Positions 57,517-61,027 of a stretch of DNA of 61,027 nt are shown one piece after another; the stretch's first letter is position 1, and every line of letters begins with the position of its first letter. A model generated the notes under the pieces. The model made no database searches, was not told the origin of the DNA, and was given only the letters and a program-made list of their open reading frames with translations. The stretch lies in the IMG/VR virus record IMGVR_UViG_3300033073_001175, positions 64,001 to 125,027 of that record; one strand, written 5' to 3'. Source of the stretch: a virus (Duplodnaviria; Heunggongvirae; Uroviricota; Caudoviricetes). Position numbers and translations under genes: made by a program.

Positions 57517-58143
57517 TTACACACTATCTTCAGTAACAATATAATTATTATCTTCCGAAATTATAGAGTACCCTGACTCACTAATAATGTATATACCTGG
57601 TTTAGGAGATGGGGTGACCGTAACACTTGGGGTAGGTGTGTTTGATAGGGTAGGTGTTGGTGTATTTTTACAATCAGTAGGTGTCGGTGTAGGCGTTTTA
57701 CTTGGTTTAGGTGTTTTACTTGGTTCAGGACAACCACAAGGATTGGTACAAGTTTGACTAGGTGTTAAACTTATTGTTGGGGTCACTGTAGGTGTTGAAG
57801 TTTTAGTAGGTGTTGGTGTTGGAACTTTACAAGGGTCAAATGATGGTGTTGGTGTTATGGTTGGCGTTACCGTAGGGGTTTGGGTTCTTGTCACACTAGG
57901 TGTCGGTGTAGGTGTAGGTGTTGGTTCAGGTACATTTAAGTAATAAGTACAGTTTTGTTCAACTATAAAAATAGTATAAGTACCATAAGGTCTTAATGGT
58001 GGAGATAACAATGATGGTTTAAATTCAAACGGTAATGTTATATTACCTAAATTAACAACCCTTTCAGATTTTGATGGGTTAAATAACACATTAGCTAATT
58101 CTCCATCGTAATTTATACTGTTTATTATAATAATTTCACTCAT
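57517..58143 (-). CDS. Thr/Pro-rich putative virion appendage protein
   Basis: 208 aa; small beta domain, PTPTPT repeats with CTNPCGC, C-terminal IISESG.SIISED..IVTED. Confidence 0.82.
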   Translation of the reverse strand: MSEIIIINSINYDGELANVLFNPSKSERVVNLGNITLPFEFKPSLLSPPLRPYGTYTIFIVEQNCTYYLNVPEPTPTPTPTPSVTRTQTPTVTPTITPTPSFDPCKVPTPTPTKTSTPTVTPTISLTPSQTCTNPCGCPEPSKTPKPSKTPTPTPTDCKNTPTPTLSNTPTPSVTVTPSPKPGIYIISESGYSIISEDNNYIVTEDSV

Positions 58144-60986
58144 TAATTAGAACTTTTTTCTATCGCTAAACAAACTTCACCGTTTTGTCTAATAAGTTTA
58201 TTCATATCATTAAAGGAAATAAACGCATGTCCTTGTTTACCCCAAGAACGACCCCAACTATTTTTAATCCTAAATTGACTTTTAACCGTATCAACACCGT
58301 TAATAACATATGCGTGCCCACCTAAAATAACACCATTAGCTCTAATTAAACCATTATTATCAGGTCTACTCATTGAGGAATACCAATTAGTCCCAACGAC
58401 AACAGGTCCCTTGGTTAAGACTGTTGAGATTAGAGTGTTTAAATCATAAGTCCATAAGTAAGACTCGATTCTACCAATACTTCTTAAGAATTTAGCTCCC
58501 GCTCTAACTGACGTACCATCATAATTTTCACCAGGCCATTCATCTATTTTTTGAGCCTCTCTATAAATTAAAGATGGTGGTACTATAGGAGGAGTACCTC
58601 CGTGAGTGATAGGACCATCCTCAACCCAATGAGCCCAAGCGTATCCAACACATTGAGGGGTATTACCTTGGTCCCCCCACCACTCATCCGCGTTCCAAAA
58701 CCTTGTTTTAGGTCTAACCGTTGGTAATTGTAATTTATTTTGAATTAAGAAATCCTTATCTCTTGGGTCCTCAATGTAAATTCTACCTAAAGGTGTAACA
58801 ACTTCATCATTGTCTGTTACCGAAGGTACGTCTTCAATTACATATGTGATATCATTAGGTTTACAAAACAACGTTGAACAATCAGGGCAATCAGGATTAA
58901 ACATGTTAAATTTACTAACTTGTAAATTAAAATTATGTTTAACTTCAGGTGCAGACATCGGCTCAACATACATTCTAAATTGCGAAATTGCACCCTCAAA
59001 AGTACCTGCGAAATTTTGTTCTATTAAAATATTGGTTTTCAAACCATTAAAGGTTGTCCCTACAAAATCATTAGTTGGGAAACATTCTGGGTCTTGGATA
59101 TAAGGTCCATTAGGTAAAGTTGTTGATGAAAATGTTAAGTTTTCCCTAAGACCTTGAGTTCCTCCACCCCATGAAATGTTAAATGGAACACCAACTTGCT
59201 TTTCTTTATCGGTGTTTAACGCTCTTGGGATAATCTCCTCAAAATCTTCAATGGTATGAAATATCTTACCATTAACATAGATTTTAAGTCTACCTTTTCT
59301 CATTTTACCTTCGATAAGCCATTTTTCATTTAATTGAATTAAATCTATTTTTTCGGCTATTTTACCGTTTGGTCTAGTGTATGGTACAGTAATTAAAGAT
59401 GTTGTATTATTCGCTAAAGATTCTAAGTAGACATTTTTTGTAATATCACCTAACCCTCCTCGATACTTCAAATCACAGAAATCAAACCAAGTGTATCTTT
59501 CCCAAACAACATTAACTTGGAACCAATGTTCTTCATTTAACCATGCAGGATTTTCTTTCTCACATCTTGGGTATATTGGTTTAGTACATATATCAGTAAT
59601 TGTATATCCTGTAGAGTACGTTATACCACTATTAGAACATTCCCCTGAAGTTGTACAGTCTCCTGTAAATCTTAAAAATCTAACACCTATTTGAGGATTT
59701 TTAGGGTCTCCACATAATCTTAATGAGAACGCATTTGACATAGAGTCGTATAAAGGGTCTTTTTCACAAGTGTCCTCAATTGATGTAAAACCACTTGGTT
59801 TACAATCTAAACAATCATTGCAAGTGTCGCAGTTTGTACACGTTTGAGTACAAGTAGGTGTTACTATACAGTTTGAAGATGTTGGGGTTGGTGTAGGTGT
59901 AGGAGTTACTAAAGGTGTAGGTGTTGGTGGGCAATCGTGTGTTTGACATTCCCATCCACAAGTTTCACATTGTATTTTGTCACAACCACATCCACACGAT
60001 ATTTGTATGTCTCTTTTACCATTACAAGAATCACATCCATAATTAACATGTGGGTCATGTTTACCATCTTTAGACCTTGGTGGGTAAACATAGATACATC
60101 TACTATTTTTAATTTCCGTGTTGCAACAAGCACATGTACTTAACCCTGTTAAAGGTGTTGTAACTCTAGTGTATCCTGTAAAACAATTGGGTGTTCCATC
60201 GGCATGATGGTAAAATTTATTTTCAGCACGAGTCCCAAAATAAAAAAATGTATTTTTATTGTTTGGATATATTTCATTTAATGTAGTCTCGCCAGGACCT
60301 GGCACATATTCGTTAAACAATCTTGGTTTAAGTATCATTTCAACTGACCAACCTTTAGTCATCCTTTCAGGTAATATGTCATACTCATAACCATGTAATT
60401 TGTAAAATCCTTGATAAAACCCACCATACAATTCATGGTATCTACCAATAACAGGGTCAGTTTTACTAACAACTTCATATAAAACGGTGTTATTAAAACC
60501 TGAAAATCTCACATTTGGGGTATTAGTATATCCCGTAACTTGGAACATTTTAAATCTTCTATCAAACTCAAACCTATTAAATTTTAGAAAATCGTTCAGT
60601 AAACCATTAGTAAATGTAATTGTTTGACCTGTCATACTATTGACCAAACCATTGTCAATACCAGTTAATCCTATATCACAAGAAGTTTGAGCAGTGAAAC
60701 ATTTTAAGTCTAAATTATCAGGGTTATAATAATTCTGAGAAACAAAAATATTATTGGTATTATAGTTCTTATAAGTTAAATTTAAATTTTGTACGGTATC
60801 AACATTATTAATGTCGATATTAATTGGGAGTTTATTACCATAAGTCTGTGCAATAAGATACGGTGAGAAAACTACTTCCTGATTAAAATCTATTTCATCA
60901 GATGTTAAAGACATATCATAGTTACCCAAATAAAGTTTTGGGAATAAATTCGGTCTCACATATTGATTTATATTTTGATTCGACAT
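58143..60986 (-). CDS. LamG/concanavalin-like protein with a Cys-rich insertion and a C-terminal papain-like (C1A) peptidase
   Basis: GWSVEMILKP...RLKIYVNG...FEGAISQFRMYVEPMSAPEV (LamG); DQGNTPQCVGYA, GGHAYVING, FRIKNSWGRSWG (Gln/Cys/His/Asn of papain). Confidence 0.85.
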   Translation of the reverse strand: MSNQNINQYVRPNLFPKLYLGNYDMSLTSDEIDFNQEVVFSPYLIAQTYGNKLPINIDINNVDTVQNLNLTYKNYNTNNIFVSQNYYNPDNLDLKCFTAQTSCDIGLTGIDNGLVNSMTGQTITFTNGLLNDFLKFNRFEFDRRFKMFQVTGYTNTPNVRFSGFNNTVLYEVVSKTDPVIGRYHELYGGFYQGFYKLHGYEYDILPERMTKGWSVEMILKPRLFNEYVPGPGETTLNEIYPNNKNTFFYFGTRAENKFYHHADGTPNCFTGYTRVTTPLTGLSTCACCNTEIKNSRCIYVYPPRSKDGKHDPHVNYGCDSCNGKRDIQISCGCGCDKIQCETCGWECQTHDCPPTPTPLVTPTPTPTPTSSNCIVTPTCTQTCTNCDTCNDCLDCKPSGFTSIEDTCEKDPLYDSMSNAFSLRLCGDPKNPQIGVRFLRFTGDCTTSGECSNSGITYSTGYTITDICTKPIYPRCEKENPAWLNEEHWFQVNVVWERYTWFDFCDLKYRGGLGDITKNVYLESLANNTTSLITVPYTRPNGKIAEKIDLIQLNEKWLIEGKMRKGRLKIYVNGKIFHTIEDFEEIIPRALNTDKEKQVGVPFNISWGGGTQGLRENLTFSSTTLPNGPYIQDPECFPTNDFVGTTFNGLKTNILIEQNFAGTFEGAISQFRMYVEPMSAPEVKHNFNLQVSKFNMFNPDCPDCSTLFCKPNDITYVIEDVPSVTDNDEVVTPLGRIYIEDPRDKDFLIQNKLQLPTVRPKTRFWNADEWWGDQGNTPQCVGYAWAHWVEDGPITHGGTPPIVPPSLIYREAQKIDEWPGENYDGTSVRAGAKFLRSIGRIESYLWTYDLNTLISTVLTKGPVVVGTNWYSSMSRPDNNGLIRANGVILGGHAYVINGVDTVKSQFRIKNSWGRSWGKQGHAFISFNDMNKLIRQNGEVCLAIEKSSN

Positions 60987-60997
60987 CTTTTTTTATG

Positions 60998-61004
60998 ATA
61001 AATA
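60998..61004 (-). promoter_or_regulatory. Putative phage-specific promoter box TATTTAT for the appendage operon
   Basis: GTATTTATCATAAAA context, 11 nt before the ATG at 60986; an opposite-facing TATTTAT at 61018-61024 suggests a divergent gene beyond the window. Confidence 0.5.
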
Positions 61005-61027
61005 CATTAAAACGAAGTATTTATTGA

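Noticed and set aside
1326-60401. Remaining short (60-140 aa) nested or antisense ORFs in the track, e.g. 4838-5242, 20208-20582, 22995-23339, 47496-47924
   Set aside because: They lie wholly within well-supported genes, have no recognisable motifs, and are expected by chance.
969-60986. Eukaryotic giant-virus origin suggested by eukaryote-like RNR, GT60, papain, SNF2 and mucins
   Set aside because: Contractile tail, baseplate and neck genes, operon coupling, intrinsic terminators and sigma70-type promoters identify a bacteriophage.
1-61027. Possible stop-codon reassignment: none of the roughly 40 accepted genes ends in TAG (most TAA, a few TGA)
   Set aside because: All genes are full length and tile tightly under code 11, so no TAG read-through is needed. 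TAG avoidance is expected at low GC; a genome-wide count would be needed.

Overview
A 61 kb, strongly AT-rich, densely coded fragment of a large T4-like (contractile-tailed) jumbo phage in the standard genetic code. I found no tRNA, rRNA, CRISPR array, intron or intein. Most genes lie on the minus strand, with a plus-strand island at 33842-38705 and one small unlisted plus-strand RHH gene (30574-30738). Contents: (i) tail/baseplate/neck genes (gp6-like partial, gp25-like, 2229-aa hub with a putative peptidoglycan hydrolase, LysM/gp53-like, OmpA-domain protein, tape measure, gp26/gp51-like chaperone with a likely +1 frameshift, tube, sheath, gp13/14/15-like); (ii) replication/recombination genes (nrdA, nrdB, DnaB-like helicase, 5'-3' exonuclease, RecA/UvsX, gp32-like SSB, SNF2 helicase, family B polymerase); (iii) a Mn-type SOD fused to a PD-(D/E)XK-like domain that has a paralog nearby; (iv) the best candidate for a new system, a five-gene cassette of glycosyltransferases and sugar methyltransferases led by a GT60 polypeptide GlcNAc-transferase. 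That cassette sits between fibre/appendage genes with mucin-like Thr-Pro repeats (one about 650 aa long), and short Thr/Pro tags also occur in the sheath, hub and OmpA-domain proteins. My inference is a phage-encoded mucin-type O-glycosylation pathway for the virion. A recurrent sense-strand TATTTAT box precedes many genes, while ssb and polB have canonical TTGAC(A/T)-N17-TATACT promoters. All family assignments are by motif recognition without database searches, and I cannot verify novelty.
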